From the NCBI GenBank assembly GCA_020633315.1, contig JACKDV010000012.1, positions 1 to 32,000 of the forward strand: 32,000 bases of DNA, read 5' to 3'. Source of the DNA: Myxococcales bacterium. Its GTDB lineage: Bacteria; Myxococcota_A; Polyangia; Nannocystales; Nannocystaceae. Positions 14,160 to 22,905 of the stretch are shown here, one piece after another. Every line of letters begins with the position of its first letter. The stretch's first letter is position 1. Both the position numbers and the translations under genes were made by a program. A model generated the notes under the pieces. It had not been told where the DNA came from. It saw only the letters and a program-made list of their open reading frames with translations, and made no database searches.

Positions 14160-14738
14160 TCAGGGGTAGGTGCAGCGCAGGAACGCGCCGTTGCCGAAGA
14201 TGTCGACGCAGTCCATGCCGTCGGGGCACATGCCCTCGGAGCAATCGAGGACGCAGCCCTGCGGCTGCATCGGCGGGCCCTCGCACACGGGGACCGCGTC
14301 GCCGCTGGTGGGGGCGGGGCACTCGCTCGCATCCATGCATTCGATGGAGCAGTAGTTGCCGCCGCCGAAGGGAGGCCAGCACACGTCGTAGGGCTCGGGG
14401 CACTCGGCCGCGTCCATGCACGGGGGGTAGGCCGGTCCCGGGGGCTCGCCGCTGGAGCTGCTGCCGCCGTCGCCCGTGCTGCTCCCGTCGGTGCCCGGGG
14501 CGGTCGTCGTCGCGCCGTCGTCGGTGCTCTCGTCCATGCCGGTGCTGCCCGTCGCTCCCACCGAGCCCGCGCTGGTCATCGTCATGGAGGTGTTGGTGGT
14601 GGCGCCGTCGCTGCCGGTGCTGCTGCCCGTGCCGGAGTCGTCCTCGCTCTCGCCACCCGCTCCGGTGGTGGGCGCGGGTCCACACGCCATGGTCAGCAGG
14701 ACGGCCGTCGCAAACGTTCCCATCGAGAATCTAGTCAT
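14160..14738 (-). CDS. Lipoprotein with a Ser/Thr/Gly/Asp-rich linker and a 12-Cys C-terminal domain
   Basis: Start at the ATG at 14738 gives 'MTRFSMGTFATAVLLTMAC' (lipobox). The C-terminus is 'CMDAAECPEPYDVCWPP...CSIECMDASECP...CEGPP...CVLDCSEGMCPDGMDCVD...LRC'. Confidence 0.65.
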   Translation of the reverse strand: MTRFSMGTFATAVLLTMACGPAPTTGAGGESEDDSGTGSSTGSDGATTNTSMTMTSAGSVGATGSTGMDESTDDGATTTAPGTDGSSTGDGGSSSSGEPPGPAYPPCMDAAECPEPYDVCWPPFGGGNYCSIECMDASECPAPTSGDAVPVCEGPPMQPQGCVLDCSEGMCPDGMDCVDIFGNGAFLRCTYP

Positions 14739-14796
14739 GTGCAAGCTCCCCCCGCACGGTACCCATGGCGATCTGCGCGGACAACCACGCCGAGGC

Positions 14797-15276
14797 TCAC
14801 GAGGACGGACGGTCGAGCGGGGCGGGGGGCTCGGCCCCCTCCCGCGCCGGCGGGCCCCCCAGCAGCACCAGGCCCACCATCGCGAAGACGAGGCCGAGGG
14901 CCTTGCGCCCGTCCATGCCCTCGTGGAAGGCCCACAGCCCCACGGGCAGCAGCACCAGCGCGGTGGCGGCATTGGAGTAGAGCGCGGCCACGCCGAGATT
15001 CCAGCCGCTGCGATACGCGAGCAGGAAGCCGAGCTCGATGAGCACCACGCAGATCCCCAGGGCGTAGCTGGTGGGGCCCAGCCGGCGCATGGCGGGCACC
15101 AGGCCCTCGCCCCCGCCGAGCCAGGGCCAGAGCAGCAGCGAGAGCACCACCGCCACCACGTAGGTGCCCAGCAGGGTGGCGGCCGGGCTGGCGTCGGGGC
15201 GGATGCCCTTCTGACACAGGTGGTAGCCGACGTTGGCGACGATGGTCAGCGTGATGGCGAGCACGTGGATCGACAT
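14797..15276 (-). CDS. Small DMT/EamA-like integral membrane protein
   Basis: About 5 hydrophobic helices ('IHVLAITLTIVANVGYHL', 'LLGTYVVAVVLSLLLWPWL', 'ALGICVVLIELGFLLAY', 'ATALVLLPVGLWAF', 'LGLVFAMVGLVLLG'). The start is ambiguous (15276 or 15300). Confidence 0.5.
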   Translation of the reverse strand: MSIHVLAITLTIVANVGYHLCQKGIRPDASPAATLLGTYVVAVVLSLLLWPWLGGGEGLVPAMRRLGPTSYALGICVVLIELGFLLAYRSGWNLGVAALYSNAATALVLLPVGLWAFHEGMDGRKALGLVFAMVGLVLLGGPPAREGAEPPAPLDRPSS

Positions 15277-15307
15277 GGGCGAGCGCCCACTGTAGACCAT
15301 GCGTGCG

Positions 15308-16423
15308 CTAGGTCGGGGTGGGTCGCAGGCCCAGCCGCCGCAGCACCTCGTCGGCGATGGCCAGCGCGGCGGTGAGCCCGGGGCTCTCGATGCCGAAGAG
15401 GTTGCACAGGCCGGGGATCCCGTGGTCGGCGGGGCCGTCGATCACGAAGTCGGGCACGGGCTGGCCGGGGCCGTGGATCTTGGGGCGGATGCCCGCGTAG
15501 CTCGGTCGCAGGGCCTCGGGATCGAGCGCAGGGTAGTAGCGCTGGATCGCCTCGACGAAGGCGGGCGCGCGCGAGGGGTCGACCGCGTAGTCGATGCGAT
15601 CGACCCACTGCTGGTCGGGACCGAAGCGCACGCCCCCGGCCAGGTCGAGGGTGACGTGGATGCCGAGGGTGGCACCGTCGGGGATGGGGTAGACCAGGTG
15701 CGAGAAGGGCGGGGGACCGGCGAGGGTGAAGTAGCTGCCCTTGAGCAGCGCGCGGGGGGGCACCCGCTCCGCGGGCAGGCCGGCGATCGCCCCGGCCACC
15801 GCGTGGGCCCCCAGCCCGGCCGCGTTGACCAGCAGGGCGCACGAGAGCTCGAGGTCCCCGGCGCGCACCCGCAGCCGGCCGTCGTCGGCGGGGCACGCAT
15901 CCACGAAGGTGGTGTCGAGAGCGAGGACGGCCCCGTGGGCCTCGGCGTCGGCCAGCAGCGCGCGCATGAGGCCATGGGCGTCCACGATGCCGCTCACTGG
16001 GGACCACAGCCCGGCCGTCGCCCGCACCCGGGGCTCCATCGCTCGCACCTGGTGGCCGCTCAGGGGCTGCAGCTCGTCGACGCCGTTGGCCCGCGCTCGG
16101 GCGTGGAGCTCGGCGAGGGTGGGGTGCTGCTCGGGCGAGGTGGCCACGACGAGCTTGCCGAGGATCCGGTGATCGATGCCACGGTCTCGGCAGTAGCGGA
16201 CCAGGGCCCGGCGCCCCTCCACGCACAGCCGCGCCTTGAGGCTGCCCGGGGGGTAGTAGATGCCGGCGTGGATCACCTCGCTGTTGCGCGAGGAGGTGTG
16301 CTGGCCCGTGGCGCGCTCGCGCTCGATCACGACCACCTCGCGGCCGGCCAGCGCCAGGGCTCGTGCCACCGCGAGGCCCACCACCCCCGCGCCCACCACC
16401 ATCGCATCGAGCGCCTCGCTCAC
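15308..16423 (-). CDS. FAD-dependent oxidoreductase, L-2-hydroxyglutarate oxidase/dehydrogenase-like
   Basis: N-terminal 'VVGAGVVGLAVARALA' dinucleotide fold, 'SSRNSEVIHAGIYY', and C-terminal 'FGIESPGLTAALAIA', typical of this family. Confidence 0.7.
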   Translation of the reverse strand: MSEALDAMVVGAGVVGLAVARALALAGREVVVIERERATGQHTSSRNSEVIHAGIYYPPGSLKARLCVEGRRALVRYCRDRGIDHRILGKLVVATSPEQHPTLAELHARARANGVDELQPLSGHQVRAMEPRVRATAGLWSPVSGIVDAHGLMRALLADAEAHGAVLALDTTFVDACPADDGRLRVRAGDLELSCALLVNAAGLGAHAVAGAIAGLPAERVPPRALLKGSYFTLAGPPPFSHLVYPIPDGATLGIHVTLDLAGGVRFGPDQQWVDRIDYAVDPSRAPAFVEAIQRYYPALDPEALRPSYAGIRPKIHGPGQPVPDFVIDGPADHGIPGLCNLFGIESPGLTAALAIADEVLRRLGLRPTPT

Positions 16424-16458
16424 GCCCCCAGCATAGCCTCGGTGGACGGCGGGCTCGC

Positions 16459-19400
16459 GTGGTATACCGGCGACGGGACGTTTCTTCGCGGGTGGACAGT
16501 CCGACGCCGGATCCCGATGCGACCATCCAGACGGTCGACACCCTGGGGCACGCGATCGACGGAGCCCTGGGCTGGGATGCGATCGAGGAGCACCGCGTGC
16601 TCGCCCAGATCGAGCGCCGCCTGTTCGCGCGCGCCCGCGAGCCGGTCCGGCTGTCGCGCTACCTGCTGCTGCGACCGCTGGGCTCGGGCGGCACCGGGGT
16701 GGTCTACGACGGCTACGACCCCGAGCTGGCGCGCCGCGTGGCGGTGAAGGTGCTGCGATCGGGCAAGCGCAACCAGGAGTCGGTCAAGCGGGCCCGCGCC
16801 CGGTTCCTGCGCGAGGCCCAGTCGATCGCCCGGCTCTCCCACCCCAACGTGATCGCGGTCCACGACGTGGGCACCTACACCGCCGAGGAGCTGGCCCCGG
16901 GCACCCGCGAGGGGCTCGAGCGCGAGGACGCCGAGGAGGAGGGGGTGTTCATCGTGATGGAGCTGGTCGAGGGCCAGGATCTGAGCCAGTGGCTCGATCG
17001 CAGCTCTCGGAGCTGGCGCGAGGTGGTGGACCTGTTCCTGGCCGCGGGCGAGGGGCTGGCCGCGGCCCACCGTGCGGGCATCGTGCACCGCGACTTCAAG
17101 CCGGGCAACGTGCTGGTGGGGGAGGACGGCCGGGTGAAGGTGGTCGACTTCGGCCTGGCGCTGACCTACGGGGGCACGGAGTCGCGCTCGGCCTCGGCCG
17201 ATCCCTCCACCCTCACGCCGCTGCCGGCCGAGCTGCGGGGTGCGGGCCGAGAGGAGGACGCGGTGCTGCTCGAGAAGCTCACGCGCACCGGCACCCTGCT
17301 GGGGACCCCGGCCTACATGGCGCCGGAGCAGCACGGCGGCGAGCCAGCCGATCAGAAGGCGGATCAGTTCGCGTTCTGTGCCTCGCTGTATCGCGCGCTC
17401 CATGGCCGCCACGCCTTCGAAGGCAAGGAGCTCGACGCGCTGTTCGCCAACAAGGTGGCGGGTCGCGTGCGGCCGCCCCCCGACGCAAGCCGGGTGCCCG
17501 CGTGGGTGCAGCGGGTGGTGATGCGAGGGCTGCGGGCCGATCCGCAGGAGCGCTTCGCCAGCATGGAGGAGCTGCTGCGGGCGCTGCGGGCCGACCCTCG
17601 GCGTCGGCTGCTGCGCTGGGCCCGGGCCGCGGTGGTCCCCGTGGCCCTGGGGGCGGTCGCCTACGCGGGCTGGGTGGCCACCCGACCGGGGCGCGTGGTG
17701 GTGGAGGCGAGCTCGGGCGGCGAGCCGGTGTCCGGGGTGCTGGTGACCGTGGACGACGAGGTGCTCGCGGGCGGCCGGGGCGAGGTGGCGGCGGGGCTGC
17801 ACCGGGTGCGGGCGACCGCGCCCGATCACCGACCCGCCGAGGCCATCGTGGAGGTGAGCCGCGGGGGCGTGCACGAGCTGACCCTCGAGCTGGCGCACGA
17901 GCAGGGGACCTTCGAGCTCGAGCTCGAGCCCGCGGGGGGGCACGTGTTCGTCGACGGGGTGGACTACGGCTCGCGCCTGCGCGCGCTGTCCATCGACACC
18001 GGGCCCCACGAGATCCTGCTGCGCCACGTGGGCTACGTGGACGAGCGCCTGCAGTGGACGGCCCAGACCGACCGCGCCCAGGAGGGCTTCTTCGCCCTGC
18101 GCAAGGCCCTGGCCTGGACCCGCCCCTCCAACGGCTCGTATCGCGAGGCGCACTGGCTGGGCGACGTGGACGGCGATGGTCTCGACGATCTGCTGCAGCG
18201 GCGCTTCACGGTGCTCACCGCCTACGATCCCTGGGACGACGAGGAGCTGTGGCGCATCGAGCTGGGGCCGAGCCCGTTCCATCGGCTCTGCGATCTCGAG
18301 GGCGACGGCGTGCTCGACGTGGTGACCGTGCGCGGCGCGGAGGGAGGGACCGAGCTGGTGGCCTGGACCGGAGCCGGGGCCTCGCGACGGCCGACCCCGC
18401 GGTGGTCGAGGGTGGAGGCTCGGCCCGGAGGCGAGCTGCCGCCGACCGAGATCGCCTGCGTGCCGGGGGACGGGGGCGACGATCTCGTGGTGGTGGGGCT
18501 GCTCGGCGAGCGGGTGCTACGGGTGCACGGCCGCGACGGGAGCGAGCGGTGGTCGCAGGCGATCGACGGGGTGCCGCTGCAGGTGGTGTGGCTGCGGGCT
18601 CCGGCGGGCGAGGGGACGATCGCGGTGGTCACCCTCGATGGCGTGCACGGCCTCGGCCTCTCGGACGGGGTGCCGCGGTGGTCGCGGTCGCTGGCGGTGG
18701 CGCCCCGGGGCGAGGACGCCGCGAGCGATCCGAAGTGGGCCCGGGCGATGGCTCGCGCGCGCGAGGCCACGGGGCGCTGGGCCGTGGCGCTGCCCCTCGA
18801 TCGCGAGCCCGGGGACGAGCTGCTGCTGCACGCGGCGGGGGGACGGGCGGGAGGCGAGCTGGTGGCGCTGGGGCGCGACGACGGCGAGCCGCGCTGGCGC
18901 GCGGACGCGCCCGAGCTCCGCGAGCTGCTCGACGACGTCGTGCTCGGCGACGCCGATGGCGACGGCGCCCCCGACCTGCTGATCCCCGACACCGGCGAGC
19001 GGGCTCGGCTGGTGCTGGTCTCCGGGCGCAGCGGACGGGCGCTGTGGAGCAATCCCATGCCGGGGCTCGGCCGGGCGCAGCTGCTCGCGACGGGGCTGGA
19101 GGCGCCGCTGGTGGTGACCACCCGGGGGCAGGAGCTGCAGGTCCACGACGCCGCCACCGGACACCTCATGGCCAGCACCACGCTCCCTCGCGGTGTGAGC
19201 TCGCCGATCGAGATCGCGGACTGGGACGGCGACGCTCGCCCCGACCTGGTGCTGGGCACGAGCGACGGCCTGCTGCGGGCATTCGACCCGAGGCTGCGCG
19301 AGCTGGGCACGGTGCCGCTCGAGGTGCCGGTGGAGGCGATCGAGGCCAGCCGCGACGCCGACCACGATGGCTTCGTCGATCTGCTGCTGCAGGCGCGAGG

Positions 19401-20565
19401 GCCCGCGGTGATGGTGGGCCCCAAGGTGCGATGGGAGCGACGCCCCCTCGACTCGATCCGCGCCACGCCGGTGGTGGGCGACTTCGACGGCGACCAGCGG
19501 CCCGAGGTGGCGCTGTTCGGCCTCATCGACGAGGGCAACCGCCTGCAGCTGCTCGACGCCCAGACCGGCGCCATCGAGGCCTCGAGCCCGCCCGGCCAGG
19601 CGCCGATCGTCATCCGTCCGCCGGCGGTGCTGCCCACGGCGACCGGGGCCGATCTGCTGGCGGTGGGGGAGGGGCTGTCGCGCTTCTCCGGCACCGACGC
19701 CCGACGGGTGGCCCACTATCCCACGCGTGGCGCCTATGCCAGCCCCACCGTGGCCGACCTCGACGGTGACGGTCGCGACGAGGTGGTGATGGTGACCTGG
19801 GAGGACCCCGGCGAGGTGCACGTGGTCGATGCCCAGACCCTCGAGCCGCGCTGGCACCGGGAGCTGGGCCCGCTGGGCTCGTTCGGGGCGCCCCACGTGG
19901 GCGACGTGGACGGCGACGGCGAGCTCGAGATCGTGATCGCCTCGCTCGACGGACGGGTGCTGTGCCTGTCGCGGGAGGGCGAGCCCCGCTGGGAGGCGGA
20001 CACCGGCGGCCGGCTCAACTTCGAGCCCACCGTGGCCGACCTCGACGGCGACGGGACCCGCGAGATCCTGATCGCGCCGCACCTCGACGACGATCCCCTG
20101 GTGGTGCTGCGGGGGGCCGACGGGGTCGAGCGCGCGCGCTGGCCCGGCATGGCGAGCCGCCGCGCGCGACCGCTGGCCCGCGACGTGGACGGGGACGGCC
20201 GGCCCGAGGTGCTGGCGAGCACCGGCCACCAGGGCATCGTGAGCCTCGACGGCGACGGGCGGCTGCGCTGGCGCCATCGCTTCGTGGATGGCAACGGCCT
20301 GCAGCCAGGAGCCTCGGGCTCGCCGGTGCTCGCCGATCTCGATCGCGACGGCCGCGACGAGCTGGTGGCCGGCTTCGACGACGGCTCGCTGCAGGTCGTC
20401 GATGCGCGCGACGGCACCCTGGTGTGGCGCTTTCGAACGGGCCGCGAGGAGATCGAGGCCTCGCCGGCGGTGGCCGACGTGGACGACGACGGCGAGCTCG
20501 AGGTGTTCGTGGCCGGGCACGATCGGCAGCTCATGTGCCTGGAGCACCGCCCACGGGGGCGCTGA
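16459..20565 (+). CDS. Transmembrane Ser/Thr protein kinase with an extracytoplasmic sensor of 2 PEGA-like domains and about 14 FG-GAP/VCBS-like repeats
   Basis: Kinase motifs 'LGSGGTGVVY', 'VAVKVL', 'HRDFKPGNVLV', 'DFGLA', 'GTPAYMAPEQ'. TM segment 'AAVVPVALGAVAYAGWVA'. Fourteen 'D-x-D-G-D-G-x-x-[DE]-hydrophobic' repeats. There is no in-frame ATG upstream of the kinase domain, so a GTG at 16459 or 16492 is assumed. Confidence 0.85.
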   Translation: MVYRRRDVSSRVDSPTPDPDATIQTVDTLGHAIDGALGWDAIEEHRVLAQIERRLFARAREPVRLSRYLLLRPLGSGGTGVVYDGYDPELARRVAVKVLRSGKRNQESVKRARARFLREAQSIARLSHPNVIAVHDVGTYTAEELAPGTREGLEREDAEEEGVFIVMELVEGQDLSQWLDRSSRSWREVVDLFLAAGEGLAAAHRAGIVHRDFKPGNVLVGEDGRVKVVDFGLALTYGGTESRSASADPSTLTPLPAELRGAGREEDAVLLEKLTRTGTLLGTPAYMAPEQHGGEPADQKADQFAFCASLYRALHGRHAFEGKELDALFANKVAGRVRPPPDASRVPAWVQRVVMRGLRADPQERFASMEELLRALRADPRRRLLRWARAAVVPVALGAVAYAGWVATRPGRVVVEASSGGEPVSGVLVTVDDEVLAGGRGEVAAGLHRVRATAPDHRPAEAIVEVSRGGVHELTLELAHEQGTFELELEPAGGHVFVDGVDYGSRLRALSIDTGPHEILLRHVGYVDERLQWTAQTDRAQEGFFALRKALAWTRPSNGSYREAHWLGDVDGDGLDDLLQRRFTVLTAYDPWDDEELWRIELGPSPFHRLCDLEGDGVLDVVTVRGAEGGTELVAWTGAGASRRPTPRWSRVEARPGGELPPTEIACVPGDGGDDLVVVGLLGERVLRVHGRDGSERWSQAIDGVPLQVVWLRAPAGEGTIAVVTLDGVHGLGLSDGVPRWSRSLAVAPRGEDAASDPKWARAMARAREATGRWAVALPLDREPGDELLLHAAGGRAGGELVALGRDDGEPRWRADAPELRELLDDVVLGDADGDGAPDLLIPDTGERARLVLVSGRSGRALWSNPMPGLGRAQLLATGLEAPLVVTTRGQELQVHDAATGHLMASTTLPRGVSSPIEIADWDGDARPDLVLGTSDGLLRAFDPRLRELGTVPLEVPVEAIEASRDADHDGFVDLLLQARGPAVMVGPKVRWERRPLDSIRATPVVGDFDGDQRPEVALFGLIDEGNRLQLLDAQTGAIEASSPPGQAPIVIRPPAVLPTATGADLLAVGEGLSRFSGTDARRVAHYPTRGAYASPTVADLDGDGRDEVVMVTWEDPGEVHVVDAQTLEPRWHRELGPLGSFGAPHVGDVDGDGELEIVIASLDGRVLCLSREGEPRWEADTGGRLNFEPTVADLDGDGTREILIAPHLDDDPLVVLRGADGVERARWPGMASRRARPLARDVDGDGRPEVLASTGHQGIVSLDGDGRLRWRHRFVDGNGLQPGASGSPVLADLDRDGRDELVAGFDDGSLQVVDARDGTLVWRFRTGREEIEASPAVADVDDDGELEVFVAGHDRQLMCLEHRPRGR

Positions 20566-20641
20566 GCCCGAGGGGGCCATCGGCTTCGCCGATGGCCGGT
20601 CCCCTGCTATTTTGCGTCTCGGCGTGGTCGACGAGGACGAC

Positions 20642-21256
20642 ATGGAGCTGCTCGAGGCCTGGCGCGCGGGCGACAACGCGGCCGGCTCACGCCTGCTGCG
20701 ACGGCACTTCCGCACGCTGTTCCGCTTCTTCCGCTCCAAGGTGGGCCACGGGGTGGAGGACTTGGTGCAGCAGACCATGCTCGCCTGCGCCGAGGGGGCC
20801 CACCGCTTCCGGGGCGACTCCAGCTTCAAGACCTACCTGCTGGCCATCGCGCGCACCCAGCTGCTGATGCACCTGCGCAAGTATGCGCGCAAGGGCAAGA
20901 AGGTCGATCAGCTCGAGACCTCCATCGCCGACGTGATGGGCTCGCCCTCGGTGGCGGTCGCGGGCAAGGACGAGCAGAAGCTGGTCCTCGCCGCGCTGCG
21001 GCACATCCCCATCGATCTACAGATCGCGGTCGAGCTGCACTACTGGGAGGAGATGCGCATCGACGACATCGCGGTGGTGATGGAGGTGCCCTCGGGGACG
21101 GTCAAGAGCCGCCTCAACCGGGCGCGCCGGCTGGTGCGAGAGTGGATCATGCAGGCCGAGCAGTACCCCGCCGCGCTGCGCGAGACCACGGCGAGCGACG
21201 TGGAGAGCTGGGCCCGCTCGCTGCGCGAGAAGCTGGTCGAGCGCAAGGACGGGTGA
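20642..21256 (+). CDS. ECF-type RNA polymerase sigma-70 family factor
   Basis: Region 2 'VEDLVQQTMLACAEGAHRFRGDSSFKTYLLAIARTQLL'. Region 4 'IAVELHYWEEMRIDDIAVVMEVPSGTVKSRLNRARRLV'. Start at the ATG at 20642 or the in-frame GTG at 20624. It begins 77 nt after the kinase stop. Confidence 0.8.
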   Translation: MELLEAWRAGDNAAGSRLLRRHFRTLFRFFRSKVGHGVEDLVQQTMLACAEGAHRFRGDSSFKTYLLAIARTQLLMHLRKYARKGKKVDQLETSIADVMGSPSVAVAGKDEQKLVLAALRHIPIDLQIAVELHYWEEMRIDDIAVVMEVPSGTVKSRLNRARRLVREWIMQAEQYPAALRETTASDVESWARSLREKLVERKDG

Positions 21257-21281
21257 GCACCGGAGACCCCACGGGGGGCGG

Positions 21282-22139
21282 TCACGGGCGGCGGTGCCTC
21301 GGGTCGTAGCGGTGGCGGTGGGCCCACGAGTGGATCACCGCCTCGTCGCGATCGTCGTCGGCCACCGCACGGCGGGCCAGGCTGCGCAGCAGCAGCGCGC
21401 CCAGCAGGATCATCGTGGCCGGCCCCAGGTAGAACACCAGCGGGATCCCGCCCACGCCGTACAGCAGCCACTGCTGCCCCTGGGCGATGGCCAGCGGGGC
21501 GCCGAACACCCAGGTGTCGTAGAGGCCGTGCATCAGCACCGCGATGGCCAGGCCACCCCACCAGCCGATGCCCCGGCCGTCGAAGCGTCGCCGCGCCGCG
21601 TAGTAGCCGGCCACGCCGCCCCAGATCGCGTGGCCGGGCACGGCGAGCACCGCCCGCCCCACGAACATGGCGAGGTACTCCTTGAGGTCGCCGGGGATCA
21701 GCAGCAGGTAGCCCACGTTCTCCACCAGCGCGAAGCCCAGCCCCGCGTGCGCGCCGTAGATGATCCCGTCCATGCGCTCGTCGAACTCGGGGCGGCGCCA
21801 GGCCATGAGGAACATGCTGCCCACCTTGGCCGCTTCCTCGGGCAGGGCCGCGAGCACGAACGACATGTAGAGCACGGCGGCGTAGCCCGAGCTGGGGGCG
21901 ATCAGCTTGAGCAGCTCGCCCACGAGGATCACCGGCAGCGCCGAGATCGCGCCCGCGACGACCACCCGGCGCAGGGTGGAGCGGGGCTCGGGGCGCTTGG
22001 CGTCCATGCGATCGACGATCGCCATGGCGATGAGCGCGGGGACGGCACCCAGCAGGGCGAGCTCGAGCTGCTCCACGAAAGACCCGGCGAGTATACGGCC
22101 GCGCCGCGGGGGCGGGCAAAGTCGCCCCTGGACTATCAT
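21282..22139 (-). CDS. prsW: PrsW-family intramembrane metalloprotease
   Basis: 'ALPEEAAK', 'GFALVEN', 'PGHAIWGG', and 'MHGLYD' motifs in a multi-TM protein. The ATG at 22139 is only 9 bp from the divergent SDR start, so a GTG at 22076 (VEQLELALLG...) is a plausible true start. Confidence 0.7.
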   Translation of the reverse strand: MIVQGRLCPPPRRGRILAGSFVEQLELALLGAVPALIAMAIVDRMDAKRPEPRSTLRRVVVAGAISALPVILVGELLKLIAPSSGYAAVLYMSFVLAALPEEAAKVGSMFLMAWRRPEFDERMDGIIYGAHAGLGFALVENVGYLLLIPGDLKEYLAMFVGRAVLAVPGHAIWGGVAGYYAARRRFDGRGIGWWGGLAIAVLMHGLYDTWVFGAPLAIAQGQQWLLYGVGGIPLVFYLGPATMILLGALLLRSLARRAVADDDRDEAVIHSWAHRHRYDPRHRRP

Positions 22140-22148
22140 CGACGCGCC

Positions 22149-22895
22149 ATGGCGCTGCCCTCCCTCCACGATCGTGTCGTCGTCGTCACCGGAGCCAGCC
22201 GCGGGCTGGGGGCGGGGATGGCCGAGCGCTTCCGGTCGCTGGGGATGCGCGTGGGCGTGTGTGCCCGGGGAGCCTCGCCGCTGGCCGGTCGGTCCGGGGT
22301 GGTGGCCCAGCGCCTCGACGTGCGCGACGAGGCGGCGATGCAGGGCTTCGCGGCCGCGGTCGCGGCGGAGCTGGGGCCCATCGATCTGTGGGTCAACAAC
22401 GCCGGGGTGCTCGAGCCGATCGCGTTCCTGCGGGACCTGAGCGGAGAGGCGCTGATGGAGCACCTCGCGATCAACGTGGGCGGGGTGCTCGCGGGCAGCA
22501 AGGCGTTCGTGGGGCACCTGCACCGCACGGGCCGCGGGGGCGTGCTGGTCAACGTGTCCTCGGGCGCGGCCCAGCGCGGCTATGCGGGGTGGACGGCCTA
22601 CTGCGCCGGCAAGGCGGCGGTGGACCGGCTGAGCGAGTGCGTGCAGCTCGAGGAGGCGGAGCACGGCCTGCGGGCGTACGCGGTGGCGCCGGGGGTGGTG
22701 GACACCGCCATGCAGACCACGATCCGGGGCATGAGCGAGGAGCGCTTCCCGGCGGTGGAGAAGTTCCGGGAGCTGAAGCGCAACGAGGCGTTCAACTCGC
22801 CCGCGTTCGTGGCGGATCGGATCGCGGCGCTGGCCTTCGATCCCGAGGCGCGGCCCGACTCGGTGGTGCTGCGCCTGCCCAGCGAGCAGGGCTGA
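22149..22895 (+). CDS. Short-chain dehydrogenase/reductase (SDR) family oxidoreductase
   Basis: 'VTGASRGLG' (TGxxxGxG), 'NNAG', and 'YCAGKAA' (YxxxK). Confidence 0.8.
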   Translation: MALPSLHDRVVVVTGASRGLGAGMAERFRSLGMRVGVCARGASPLAGRSGVVAQRLDVRDEAAMQGFAAAVAAELGPIDLWVNNAGVLEPIAFLRDLSGEALMEHLAINVGGVLAGSKAFVGHLHRTGRGGVLVNVSSGAAQRGYAGWTAYCAGKAAVDRLSECVQLEEAEHGLRAYAVAPGVVDTAMQTTIRGMSEERFPAVEKFRELKRNEAFNSPAFVADRIAALAFDPEARPDSVVLRLPSEQG

Positions 22896-22905
22896 GCGCG
22901 GGCCG

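Noticed and set aside
16363-16458. ATG at 16363 as the kinase start.
   Set aside because: It lies inside the divergent flavoprotein gene (which starts at 16423 on the minus strand) and encodes a Pro/Arg-rich string. An in-frame GTG at 16459 or 16492 is more plausible, but the start remains uncertain.
20585-20620. ECF-type autoregulated promoter (GGAAC-N16-17-CGTC) upstream of the sigma gene.
   Set aside because: A CGTC is present at 20615-20618, but no GGAAC-like -35 sits at the appropriate distance. The evidence is insufficient.
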